In this document: in pieces, positions 26,901-34,894 of the stretch
Numbering within the stretch: the stretch's first letter is position 1
Layout: the number at the start of each line of letters is the position of its first letter
Assembly (NCBI GenBank): GCA_964572735.1
Contig: CAZNHE010000005.1
Span: 8,170 to 72,169, forward strand
Length of the DNA: 64,000 nucleotides
Origin: an uncultured Chitinophagales bacterium
GTDB lineage: Bacteria > Bacteroidota > Rhodothermia > Balneolales > DATFMH01
Direction of reading: 5' to 3'
The notes under the pieces: generated by a model
Told to the model about the DNA's origin: nothing
Database searches by the model: none
Seen by the model: the letters and a program-made list of their open reading frames with translations, nothing else
Made by a program: the position numbers and the translations under genes

Positions 26901-29546
26901 GTTGATGTCGCTCAGTGTTAACCCCAAATCAAATTGTAACCCAACATTGTTTCCAACCATTGTTGGACGCACATCTGTAATGCTTACCGGAAAGCCTGCA
27001 ATGGAATGTTGGGGTGAAGAGAAGGAGAAGCCGGTCGATATATTTCCCACCCTCACATACGGTTCTTCTGAACGTACTACAAGATTTTCTACTTTGATTA
27101 GATCTAACCCAATTTTATACCCTTCTATATTGCCTTCAATATTTAACTTTCCCGAAAGCGCGGCTGATGCTGCTGTATTACCTGTTTCGGTATTGTTGGT
27201 TACCTCAATGGCTATATTATTGAGGTCGATGTGTGCCCACCAGGCAGAAAAATCAATATCATTCTTTTGTTTGGCAATGAATTGATATTTGACATCACCG
27301 CCATTTGCTGAAGAAGAGAGAGTAGAGGAGTAGGCGATACGGCTTTGTACTTTATTTTTATCCGAAAATGGAAGTATTATCTGCCCGTACAGACCGCCTT
27401 CTTTAAAGGATGAATTCAACAGCTTGATGTTGATCCTATCTACCGAGCAATACCAGCCGCCCACTGAGCCGTCACCGATGTTTACAATATTTTGGGCGGC
27501 AACCACACCGGTTAAACCGGCTTTGTCTAAAATGAGGTTGGCAGCGCTTATTTCAAGCTTATTATCGGGCCGGCGCGTATTTTTTACGATAGAGGGAAGC
27601 GCAACAGTCACTTTTGGAATGAAAAAACCTGTCCATAAGGCATTTCCGATGACTGGATTCTTTCCGGCTAATGCCGCATCATTAAACGATGAAGGCATGC
27701 CTGTCGGGTTTTTCAAGGTGGAATGATCGTAATACGCATTCCCATTTAAAGTAAAAACAACATTTTTTAGAGAAGGCACTATAAAAGGATCCATAGCCAC
27801 TGAAGCCGTCCAGCTGCTCCAGCTTTTGATGTCTGCGTCCAGGATGGCTTTTTCGGGAGAACCGTTGGCCTGGGTAATTTGTGAAGCCGGAAAGTTATAT
27901 TCGGCATGAATGTGAAACTTCTTCAGCTTGTTTTTGGAATAGAGAACATAGGTACCTGGCTTTGTTTTCGACTGATAGCTTTTAAAATTCAGGTTAAGGC
28001 CCGGTACATTAAAGTCTTTATTCAAAACAAATAACGCATTGCCGCACATGCAGGTAGCATTGCTGAAACACACGTCCTTTGCCGTCATTGAGAGCACCTG
28101 GTTTGCATCCGCAAGTTGCACGGCAGCCACCGCATTATACGTGGCTTGTGAAGGTGTAATATTCAGACTTACAACGGCAGCATTCACCCCGTCGGGTGTT
28201 CCCGCGGCATGTAAACCGAAAGGCAGCATAAAGCCTGCGCCGTTTTTAATCGCATCCAGGTTGTAATTCCTTATGCGATCTATGAATGATTTGTAATTGG
28301 CTGTAGAAACGGAAGGAGAGCCGCCATTAGTCAAAAAATCGAACCCATTAGCTTTTTTGGCTACGGCACGTCCCGCAATGGCAATTCCGCTTTTATTGAC
28401 TACAACTTCGGTAAAAGTAACCTGCACCGGCACGTTGTTCATCATTATGGTGCCGTCGCCGGAAACGGTACCTCCATTGTTGTTCAGGCTGCCTATTTTT
28501 ATCGGGAGCGTGGCCATGCTAAAGCTGCCGCCGGCTTTGAGTGCGGCGTTATTATTGATTTGATCGAGGGAGGCAACATCCACAGCACAGGAGCAATTTC
28601 CTTGTTCAACTATCGGGAGCTTTCCGGAGACGGCTACAGCTTTTTGGGTTTCACCATACTGAAAGATCCTAATCTGGCTTCTGCCGTTATTCTCAAAGGC
28701 CGTTTTGCCGGTAAGGTCTCTTGCCTGCACCATCAGGGCATATTGGCTTCCTTCATCCAGTTGAAAAGTAGTGAGGTTTGTAAACTGAAAATTATTAATG
28801 GGAATATTGGATTGTTTCAAAAATATTCCCGCGCCGTATTGTACCGCATTATTGAGTGATACATACGGATTTTCGTCGGGTAAAACCTTTACCAGGTACA
28901 GATCATACACCAGCGAAGCGCCCTGCATATTCCCCACGGGCCGTGTCCAGCTAATATTCATATTCTGATTGGGAGTCGGCAGGATCTTATCACCGGGTAA
29001 CGGATTGAGGATCTGCGGCGGACTTACATAACCTACGTTGTAAGCAAAGCACCCTCCAGGTCCCTGAGGATCACTGACAGGAAAATAATTGCCGTTGGCA
29101 TCCCGCGTATAGGCGTAAATGCAAAAAGTATAAAAGCCCTCCGGTATCATGCCAAACTGGAAAAGATTACTGTAAGATTTATCATCCAGATTGGTCTGAA
29201 GATTATTGAGGTTCAGATAATTTTCATCCAGCTGATTGCCCTGAACCACCACGGTTTGCAGGCCCGGTACATGAATGGGAATATTGGAAAAAACATTAGG
29301 CGCCGTCTGTATATATTGCCCACGGTCATTGTCAAGCCGCCCCCTGATATAAACATCCCTCGCAATCTGTGAATGATTGGTAAATGAAATGATCGGCTTG
29401 TATTTATAATCGGAAATGTAAGCGGAATAAGGCGGCGCGAGCTGTACCTGCAACGTAATGGGATAATTGTTCTGCCCAAATGATTTATTTATAAAACCAA
29501 ATAGAAGCGGTATTAGAAATACTATTTGAAATATTCTTTTTGTCAT
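23940..29546 (-). CDS. Giant (1868 aa) secreted protein of unknown function
   Basis: An uninterrupted ORF has the signal peptide MTKRIFQIVFLIPLLFGFINKSFGQ. The N-terminal region has Ig/FN3-like patterns (ISWTRPVG..YDLYLVKV). I recognised no catalytic, RTX, RHS/YD or T9SS C-terminal-domain motif. Confidence 0.7.
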   Translation of the reverse strand: MTKRIFQIVFLIPLLFGFINKSFGQNNYPITLQVQLAPPYSAYISDYKYKPIISFTNHSQIARDVYIRGRLDNDRGQYIQTAPNVFSNIPIHVPGLQTVVVQGNQLDENYLNLNNLQTNLDDKSYSNLFQFGMIPEGFYTFCIYAYTRDANGNYFPVSDPQGPGGCFAYNVGYVSPPQILNPLPGDKILPTPNQNMNISWTRPVGNMQGASLVYDLYLVKVLPDENPYVSLNNAVQYGAGIFLKQSNIPINNFQFTNLTTFQLDEGSQYALMVQARDLTGKTAFENNGRSQIRIFQYGETQKAVAVSGKLPIVEQGNCSCAVDVASLDQINNNAALKAGGSFSMATLPIKIGSLNNNGGTVSGDGTIMMNNVPVQVTFTEVVVNKSGIAIAGRAVAKKANGFDFLTNGGSPSVSTANYKSFIDRIRNYNLDAIKNGAGFMLPFGLHAAGTPDGVNAAVVSLNITPSQATYNAVAAVQLADANQVLSMTAKDVCFSNATCMCGNALFVLNKDFNVPGLNLNFKSYQSKTKPGTYVLYSKNKLKKFHIHAEYNFPASQITQANGSPEKAILDADIKSWSSWTASVAMDPFIVPSLKNVVFTLNGNAYYDHSTLKNPTGMPSSFNDAALAGKNPVIGNALWTGFFIPKVTVALPSIVKNTRRPDNKLEISAANLILDKAGLTGVVAAQNIVNIGDGSVGGWYCSVDRINIKLLNSSFKEGGLYGQIILPFSDKNKVQSRIAYSSTLSSSANGGDVKYQFIAKQKNDIDFSAWWAHIDLNNIAIEVTNNTETGNTAASAALSGKLNIEGNIEGYKIGLDLIKVENLVVRSEEPYVRVGNISTGFSFSSPQHSIAGFPVSITDVRPTMVGNNVGLQFDLGLTLSDINSKLLPDATTTLVLSANVLGGDRPIWKRTDFNINKVKVSGNLAGIVQIDKGEIDFMRDDPAYGDGIRGILHASFAGLPGASVDCHAMFGNKSGNNYWYFDAYGTLPEPVPIGPGISLQGLGGGAYYNLAPTVLKSMKPEDYFANRSKYRLDKYQPRPGSFGMKLMVGISSSDGTLFTGIGTLGATFNVAGGFSLQSLNGNAYIQLFKISGSDVLEADDNAPVKADVDWLIGVSDKVFSINAAVDINYLGWFKGGGNFALLADAKNQNYYIKIGNPRPLPGPNDYGRRIHLSMQDPLHILDLKLKAYFMAGNKINSSLPEPDPGIVNVGELPGYQKLHMSSKGGVVMGASAKFSYDLRFLVFFFEAKAGLGFDVALQSAVTCADGEKAGGFNGWYALGQAYAGLEGAFGLYVDMFFCHDCKLTALRLRADILVQAGLPNPMWLKGYTNTHYEVLNGLIEGNIGFKVAIGKACVVQKSAFTLPLIQEVKPNNGKTEVPLNAYPEFVFNYPIEKPFELIDPNFHRPWRFKIEIDDLTITNTDDNTVYADYRDKDSHPAFDDNHHDLTLLTIDALKGQTNYRTHIKVKAMQSKIAIGPNFVAHYTDSWTPAIDKNGQPVIGDSTSTFKTGACKPDQIISDSRNRLGAYPFPNQRYFLQGESKRGAIILDKAYGCLRNVKEKYKLFARFTPVKGGKELPGYESPITEGAGQYLYFDIPKLPNETIIRVEIIKRTQFSKLDDYIVYNISPALASRLNRAIHTEGSNTMKVGSQYYQAFDNKKNSAYINKSFNTSNHKATLGNKNLDVVLYSYHFKTSRYNTLADKMAGARFDKVLYHFFGAGSQLKVAERFDTYDVKGFTSDNYINKEIMFYTMPLVVLKENNDLNKWMKEQAVPLVYKKFDDANIDLDKARIEKGLSPRELQLEGIGCTVSFGRYCVPQRPVFIEDVDQPLTAKEIKAAEPTYINGINVSGFKVVKRSQMVNTATKFNQVNN

Positions 29547-29554
29547 CCGCTTCT

Positions 29555-31306
29555 TTAAAATGAGTAATTGTAACGTGCTGAGACCATCATTTGCCTGCGC
29601 GATGGATTTATGATCGTATTTTTATTTTTTGTTGCGGTATAATTCGCATTTAGCTGCAATGAATGCCGTTTCAGGAATATGACGTTTATACCGGGGTTTG
29701 CCGAAATCGTATGGGCGGTGGCATGGTTGTTCAACCTGTTTGAAAAATAGCCGCCAAAGAGGGAGAGCGTAACGGAGGTTATAAAATGCTTTTCGATTGA
29801 TGCATCAGGCAACAGGCTTTTGCTGATACCGAGATTGTATCCTATTGTAGCGGTTTTATTGCCGGTAAGTGCAGTGTTAAAATAATTCAGTGTGTTGGTG
29901 ATGCTGATCTTTTTCTCGGGAAAAATAAGCGTATAGATCAGACTGCCCATGGTGGAAGTGAAATCCTGGCTGCTTTGCGCCTGGTTGTTGTTCTTTAACC
30001 CCTGAAGGCTAACCTGCATGCTGATGGAATGTTGAATGGTCTTTTTATTGATGAATAAATGCGGCGAAATAGATATAGATTGGTTCACCTGGCTGATGCG
30101 TACCGAATCGTAGCGTGCGTAAGTCGCCGGGTCCTGAAGTCGCGGGATGATCTGCTGCGAAATGCCATAGTTGGAATATTGAAGACCAATGCCAAAGGCC
30201 TGCGATGGTATAAAATTTATGCTGATGTTTCCAATGGTTCTTTCGGTATTGCTGACCGCGGTTTTAGCCAGGTTATTTTTCTGAAACCCGAGGTCGGATT
30301 GCAGATGCAGCTTATTTTCAAGTAATGAAAGGTCAAAACCGGCAGTGTATTGTGCTATATCCGTCTGCATATAGAAGGCGCCCATGGATTTATAATCGGG
30401 ACCCACTCTGCGGTATTTCAGACGAATATTTCCTTTACTAAAACGATACCGGATACCCGCTTCTCCGGCAAACGCAATCCGCGAGCTTGTTTTAGGTGAA
30501 AATGAGGCAAACTTCGACCATTTCTCGTCCGTTTCCAGTAAGTCGCCTCCAACATTCCTGGTATAATAGCTCGCCGCGGCATCTATGTTAAAAGAGACGG
30601 CTTTCAACAACGTGGCCTGTCCTTTGATACCTGCTACCTGATTGGCTGCAGGCTTTAACTGCACATTTTCCGGGTTGATGCCCTGGATAGAAGTGCTGTC
30701 GTCTTTAGCCTGCAGATAAGAAAATTCGATGAAGTTTTTGGAAGATCCATAGCCTATTTTCGCGGCAAAGCCCTTGCGTTTGTATAAAGGGATATTGTTG
30801 TTCAGGTTATTATATTGTGAGATATTTGTAACCGCATCATTGAATTTCCCATATATGAAGGCCGCCCTGAATTTGCCAGGAGTAAGTTCAAAACCGGCAC
30901 CCAGTATCTGCTGGCCGCTTAATGTAAATTGGGAAAAATTCAGAGAGCGCCAGCCAAGGTGCAGCTTCGCCCATTTGTAATGAGGACTCATGCCAAACCG
31001 GTTGAAGGAACGCGTACTGATACTTCTGCTCTGGCTGGCAACCATGATATTTACCGGAATAGAAAACCCATACAGCGAAAGCACCGGATTGCCCTGAATA
31101 AAATAGGAGGGTGAATGGCCAAATGAAGAATGAGATAAATTGCCATTTCCATTGGAAAGGTCGCTGTAATAATTTAGCCCTGAGGAAATGCTGCCGTGAA
31201 AAGTGATCAATTTCCGATTTTTCAGATGTGCCAGGTCCTGGGAGTGAACGGCAATTACACAAGTGGAACTAAATAAACAGCTTAATATGAATATTTTTTT
31301 GCGCAT
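29555..31306 (-). CDS. Outer-membrane beta-barrel protein (583 aa) with no POTRA or plug domain recognised
   Basis: The signal peptide is MRKKIFILSCLFSSTCVIAVHSQ. Alternating hydrophobic/polar beta-strand patterning runs from about residue 30 to the end, and the C-terminus is ARYNYSF (terminal aromatic). The gene lies 8 nt upstream of the giant gene. Confidence 0.65.
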   Translation of the reverse strand: MRKKIFILSCLFSSTCVIAVHSQDLAHLKNRKLITFHGSISSGLNYYSDLSNGNGNLSHSSFGHSPSYFIQGNPVLSLYGFSIPVNIMVASQSRSISTRSFNRFGMSPHYKWAKLHLGWRSLNFSQFTLSGQQILGAGFELTPGKFRAAFIYGKFNDAVTNISQYNNLNNNIPLYKRKGFAAKIGYGSSKNFIEFSYLQAKDDSTSIQGINPENVQLKPAANQVAGIKGQATLLKAVSFNIDAAASYYTRNVGGDLLETDEKWSKFASFSPKTSSRIAFAGEAGIRYRFSKGNIRLKYRRVGPDYKSMGAFYMQTDIAQYTAGFDLSLLENKLHLQSDLGFQKNNLAKTAVSNTERTIGNISINFIPSQAFGIGLQYSNYGISQQIIPRLQDPATYARYDSVRISQVNQSISISPHLFINKKTIQHSISMQVSLQGLKNNNQAQSSQDFTSTMGSLIYTLIFPEKKISITNTLNYFNTALTGNKTATIGYNLGISKSLLPDASIEKHFITSVTLSLFGGYFSNRLNNHATAHTISANPGINVIFLKRHSLQLNANYTATKNKNTIINPSRRQMMVSARYNYSF

Positions 31307-31345
31307 CCCAGCTCTATATTGGCACTAAGGCTTATTTTTCAAATT

Positions 31346-31361
31346 TTGAGCATTTGCTCAA
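31346..31361. promoter_or_regulatory. Inverted repeat TTGAGCA-TT-TGCTCAA in the island operon promoter region; candidate operator
   Basis: The 7-bp arms lie 40-55 nt upstream of the ATG at 31306. On the minus strand the repeat sits between a TTG and AAAATTTG, resembling the Bacteroidetes -33/-7 promoter elements (TTG/TAnnTTTG). A direct repeat AATTTCAACT also occurs at 31360-31369 and 31388-31397. Confidence 0.3.
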
Positions 31362-31562
31362 TTTCAACTCACTGTGTACTCCACGGTAATTTCAACTATT
31401 TCCATAGCCGGTGTGTTTAATACGGCTATTTTTTATATCACCATCAATCGATTCTAACAGCTGAAATTTTATTGGTGATAAAGAAGCGTTGCCTGTTTCT
31501 ATTGCAGGTTTATTATCAAATAATCCGGTATTTGTCGTTATTTCCTATTATATCAATCACAT

Positions 31563-32063
31563 TTATTGCTTTAATAAAACCCTGAAAAATCCATTGGTCA
31601 CTTCCATCGTTTCATCAGACTTATAGGGACTTGCGGTAAAATGAAAGGTCCCCTCTATCACTTTATCATTGGCTTTGGTAAGTACATATTCTCCCATTTT
31701 TGCCTTCAAGAGATTGCCATTTCCAAAATCCAGATCGGCGCCCGTCATTTTGAGGTGTTTTCCAACCTTGATAAATGTCCGGTAAATGTAGAACGCGATC
31801 CGTATTTCTCCATTCGAACCTTGAATAAAGTGCGTGTTGGATTTATTGATTTCCATCATATTAGATGCTTCCCATGGTTTGCCGTCAACGACCGCCCTCA
31901 TGGTATAACCCTTTGAGGAAGTGACTACTTCCGGCGGTGCATACTTTTTCATGGCTTTCTGAATGGCGTTTGCCGTTTTTTGTGCCTTCTTGTGGGCAGG
32001 ATTTTGACAGGCCGCGGGAAATACGCACACGAATAAGAATAAGAGATAAAATAGAGGTTTCAT
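31563..32063 (-). CDS. Small secreted or lipoprotein-like protein (166 aa), function unknown
   Basis: The signal peptide is MKPLFYLLFLFVCVFPAAC, with a Cys at the likely cleavage site. The coding sequence is AT-rich and lies inside the island. Confidence 0.55.
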   Translation of the reverse strand: MKPLFYLLFLFVCVFPAACQNPAHKKAQKTANAIQKAMKKYAPPEVVTSSKGYTMRAVVDGKPWEASNMMEINKSNTHFIQGSNGEIRIAFYIYRTFIKVGKHLKMTGADLDFGNGNLLKAKMGEYVLTKANDKVIEGTFHFTASPYKSDETMEVTNGFFRVLLKQ

Positions 32064-32367
32064 GATGAGTGAGATTTAAATGATTGTTTCTTTTAGATTC
32101 GTTGGCAATCTAATTCTTGTCCGGCCTCAGTTCGGGACGGCCTATCCATTTCCCTTTTTTATTATGGTTTCGACGGCCCGGAACCATGAGAGCACAAGCC
32201 GGTTCTTTTGTAGTTCTCATTGAATAACCATTCCTATAAATCCGGAATGAGGTTGTTTTCCTCACTGACTCCATTGTATCCCGGCCAGGAATAAAGTATC
32301 AGCCGCCGGCTCTCCGGCATAGTATAAAAGCGACTTCCTGTAGTAAAAAAACGACAGAAAGGCGGCG

Positions 32368-33192
32368 CTAAAAAGCGAAGTGATAAGGGTTAAACGAAGA
32401 CGGAGTTGTGTCCAGGAATTGTTTGAACTCTCTGACGAGATGCATCTGGTCGAAATAACCTGCATCACAGGCTACAGCAGCCCACTTGGCATCTGTGGAT
32501 CGCATTCTCATCTCCAGCATGTTCTTAAACCGGAGCATACGCGCATATACTTTCGGACTTACCCCCACCTCCTTTGAAAAGTTCCTCTCAAATTGCCTCA
32601 TTGACAGGTTGCTCGCATCCGCAAGCTTTGTAATGGAAATATTACCGCGGTGCCGCACGAGATAATCAGCGGCCTTGTTGGTAGATGAACGCCTGCTTAA
32701 GTGCCCCCGGGAAAGCCGGATTAAATAAGGTTCTGCGATATCGATACACTCCCTGATGTTGCGGGCATATAGCAGCCGTTGGGCGAGCTCGTGAAACAGC
32801 GGATGAATACCGGCTGCGGGAACCGCTTCATTTGTAAATTCAGAGACAGGAATGCCCAACAAACGGTATAGCCCTGCGGGACGAAACTTTACGGTAAAAG
32901 AGATAAACAGGTTGTTTATCCGGATGGAATACTTTTTGAAGGTACGCGGCCCCCGGATGGTGCAGCGCTCGAAAGGAACGGACCAGCCGGTGGCATCATC
33001 AAAAGTGGCAAAATGGTCACCCAGGAAAAAATCAATGGAACTCACTTCCCTGAGCGGCATGGCCTTGCTAATATCATGTCCGGCAGGAGGCATAATGTAG
33101 CGGTACACATACTGATTGATGAACGGCTGTAGTGCCGGATGCGGAGTTTTATGGATCTTCAGGTTGTTGGGTGAAAGAAAAGTACCACTCAT
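32368..33192 (-). CDS. AraC/XylS-family transcriptional regulator
   Basis: The C-terminal double HTH includes ITKLADASNLSMRQFERNFSKEVGVSPKVYARMLRF and ACDAGYFDQMHLVREFKQF. The ORF track opens at 33312, but the ATG at 33192 (MSGTFLSP) is the more likely start. Confidence 0.8.
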   Translation of the reverse strand: MSGTFLSPNNLKIHKTPHPALQPFINQYVYRYIMPPAGHDISKAMPLREVSSIDFFLGDHFATFDDATGWSVPFERCTIRGPRTFKKYSIRINNLFISFTVKFRPAGLYRLLGIPVSEFTNEAVPAAGIHPLFHELAQRLLYARNIRECIDIAEPYLIRLSRGHLSRRSSTNKAADYLVRHRGNISITKLADASNLSMRQFERNFSKEVGVSPKVYARMLRFKNMLEMRMRSTDAKWAAVACDAGYFDQMHLVREFKQFLDTTPSSFNPYHFAF

Positions 33193-33662
33193 GGCCCCTC
33201 CTTCTTTACAAATAACTTTGCCGAAGAAAAGACAGTCATAATATCCTCGCAGTAAAAAATGATAGTAATAAGTATCCGGAGTTAAAGGGAGTAACCCAAT
33301 AGTAAATAACAAAAAAGCCGTAAAAATAACAACCCATGAATCGGACAGATCTATAGCCGGGTTTATTGTCAGCCTCTGAAAAAGTTCCGATTGTCATCCT
33401 GCCATCGACGGACTGCCAGCTAAACCGATAAGCTGTTTCCAACAGGTAATTGGCTGCCGGCGGTATAAAAAGGGATGAGGTATCAGCAAAGACCAATGAT
33501 GTCCGATTAACGATCCTTTATTTTCAGTCCCTCTATTCATGTCCCCTTACTTTTTAATATCCCCGCCTTTCAATACCTTTAGCATTGCATTTAATGTTTA
33601 TGCGCATAATATTTCAGCCCGAATCAAATCATTTTTTCAATTCCAAATAATCAACCAAGTTC

Positions 33663-34001
33663 ATGGCTTATATTGTAACGGAACCGTGCATCAACTGTAA
33701 ATACACCGATTGTTCGGCTGTCTGCCCGGTGGATGCTTTTCGCGAAGGTCCCAATTTTCTGACTATCGATCCGGACGATTGCATCGACTGCGATGCGTGT
33801 GTCTCCGAATGTCCGGTGGATGCCATTTATGCCGACGATGAGGTTCCTGAAAAATGGGAACATTATATCGATTGGAATGCCCGGCTTGCCGAAAACTGGC
33901 AGGATCGTATCATCAACGAGGCCAAGGATCCCCTTCCGGATGCCGATAAATGGGCTGAGGTTGAAGAAAAGGAAGATAAATTACAGGAAGACTGGGATTA
34001 A
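33663..34001 (+). CDS. fdxA: 7Fe-type ferredoxin (Azotobacter FdxA-like)
   Basis: The sequence [54 protein letters not shown] shows the classic CxxCxxxxCxxxCP plus CxxCxxCxxxCP pattern. Confidence 0.9.
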   Translation: MAYIVTEPCINCKYTDCSAVCPVDAFREGPNFLTIDPDDCIDCDACVSECPVDAIYADDEVPEKWEHYIDWNARLAENWQDRIINEAKDPLPDADKWAEVEEKEDKLQEDWD

Positions 34002-34033
34002 TCTTCCGGAATACCGCCTGAAACTTTTCCCGG

Positions 34034-34894
34034 ATGGCTGTTCCGACAAATCCCTTACGGGGTATCTTTAAAGCCAGAGGCAAGCGCCTAGATCTGTCCG
34101 GGCCGCGAATCATGGGTATTTTGAATATTACTCCGGATTCGTTTTCGGATGGCGGACTGTTTCTTGATACCGCTGCAGCCGTTCAGCGTGCTTCAGAAAT
34201 GGCCGCACAGGGGGCGGCTCTGATCGACATCGGGGGGGAATCCACGCGCCCGGGTTCTGATCCTGTTTCTCCGGAGGAAGAACTGAAACGTATACGGCCG
34301 GTTGTGAGGGAGGTCCGCCGGGAGCTCCCGGATATCATGATTTCGGTAGATACCCAAAAAATGGCGGTGGCGCGGGAGGCGCTTGAGCTGGGGGCCGATC
34401 TTATTAACGACATCAGCGGATTACAAAAGAATCCTGAGATTGCCCGCTTATGTGCAAAATACGATGCCGGCCTGATCATCATGCATTCCAAAGGCGACCC
34501 GAAAACCATGCAGGTCAATCCCGAATATGAAGATGTGGTCGCTGAAATAGAAACCTTTCTGAAGAGACAGACAGACCTGGCAAAAGCAGCGGGCGCGACC
34601 AATCTTATAGTCGATCCGGGGATCGGCTTTGGCAAAACGCTGGAACATAACCTGCAATTACTGGTTCACCTGACCCGGTTTGCCGAACTGGGGTATCCTC
34701 TGCTTATCGGCGCTTCACGGAAGTCGATGATTCACGCGTTGCTTGGTGAACGCCCGCCCGATCAGCGCCTTCCCGCCACATTGGCACTCCATTATGAAGC
34801 CATGATACAGGGTGCACGCATCCTGCGGGTTCACGATGTAAAAGAGGCGATGGACACAATACGCGTTTTCGAGGCGATTCGTTCTCATGAATGA
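34034..34894 (+). CDS. folP: Dihydropteroate synthase
   Basis: The 286-aa ORF has IMGILNITPDSFSDGG, DIGGESTRPG and NDISG. Confidence 0.92.
   Translation: MAVPTNPLRGIFKARGKRLDLSGPRIMGILNITPDSFSDGGLFLDTAAAVQRASEMAAQGAALIDIGGESTRPGSDPVSPEEELKRIRPVVREVRRELPDIMISVDTQKMAVAREALELGADLINDISGLQKNPEIARLCAKYDAGLIIMHSKGDPKTMQVNPEYEDVVAEIETFLKRQTDLAKAAGATNLIVDPGIGFGKTLEHNLQLLVHLTRFAELGYPLLIGASRKSMIHALLGERPPDQRLPATLALHYEAMIQGARILRVHDVKEAMDTIRVFEAIRSHE

Noticed and set aside
18829-29546. Island proteins as T9SS cargo, given the PorQ-like gene elsewhere in the window.
   Set aside because: None of the four C-termini resembles the type A or type B T9SS C-terminal domains as I recall them. This cannot be excluded without HMM searches, so it is mentioned only as a check.
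29555-31306. Assigning the 583-aa barrel as a TpsB/FhaC two-partner-secretion transporter; the size is almost identical.
   Set aside because: There is no N-terminal helix or POTRA-like alpha/beta segments and no VRGY/F-type loop-6 motif. Beta-strand patterning starts right after the signal peptide. Only the gene-order logic is TPS-like.
33236-33496. An 86-aa ORF and the 40-codon N-terminal extension of the AraC gene.
   Set aside because: The translation is rich in hydrophobic and aromatic residues from AT-rich DNA, there is no support from motifs, and the ATG at 33192 gives a normal AraC-family N-terminus.
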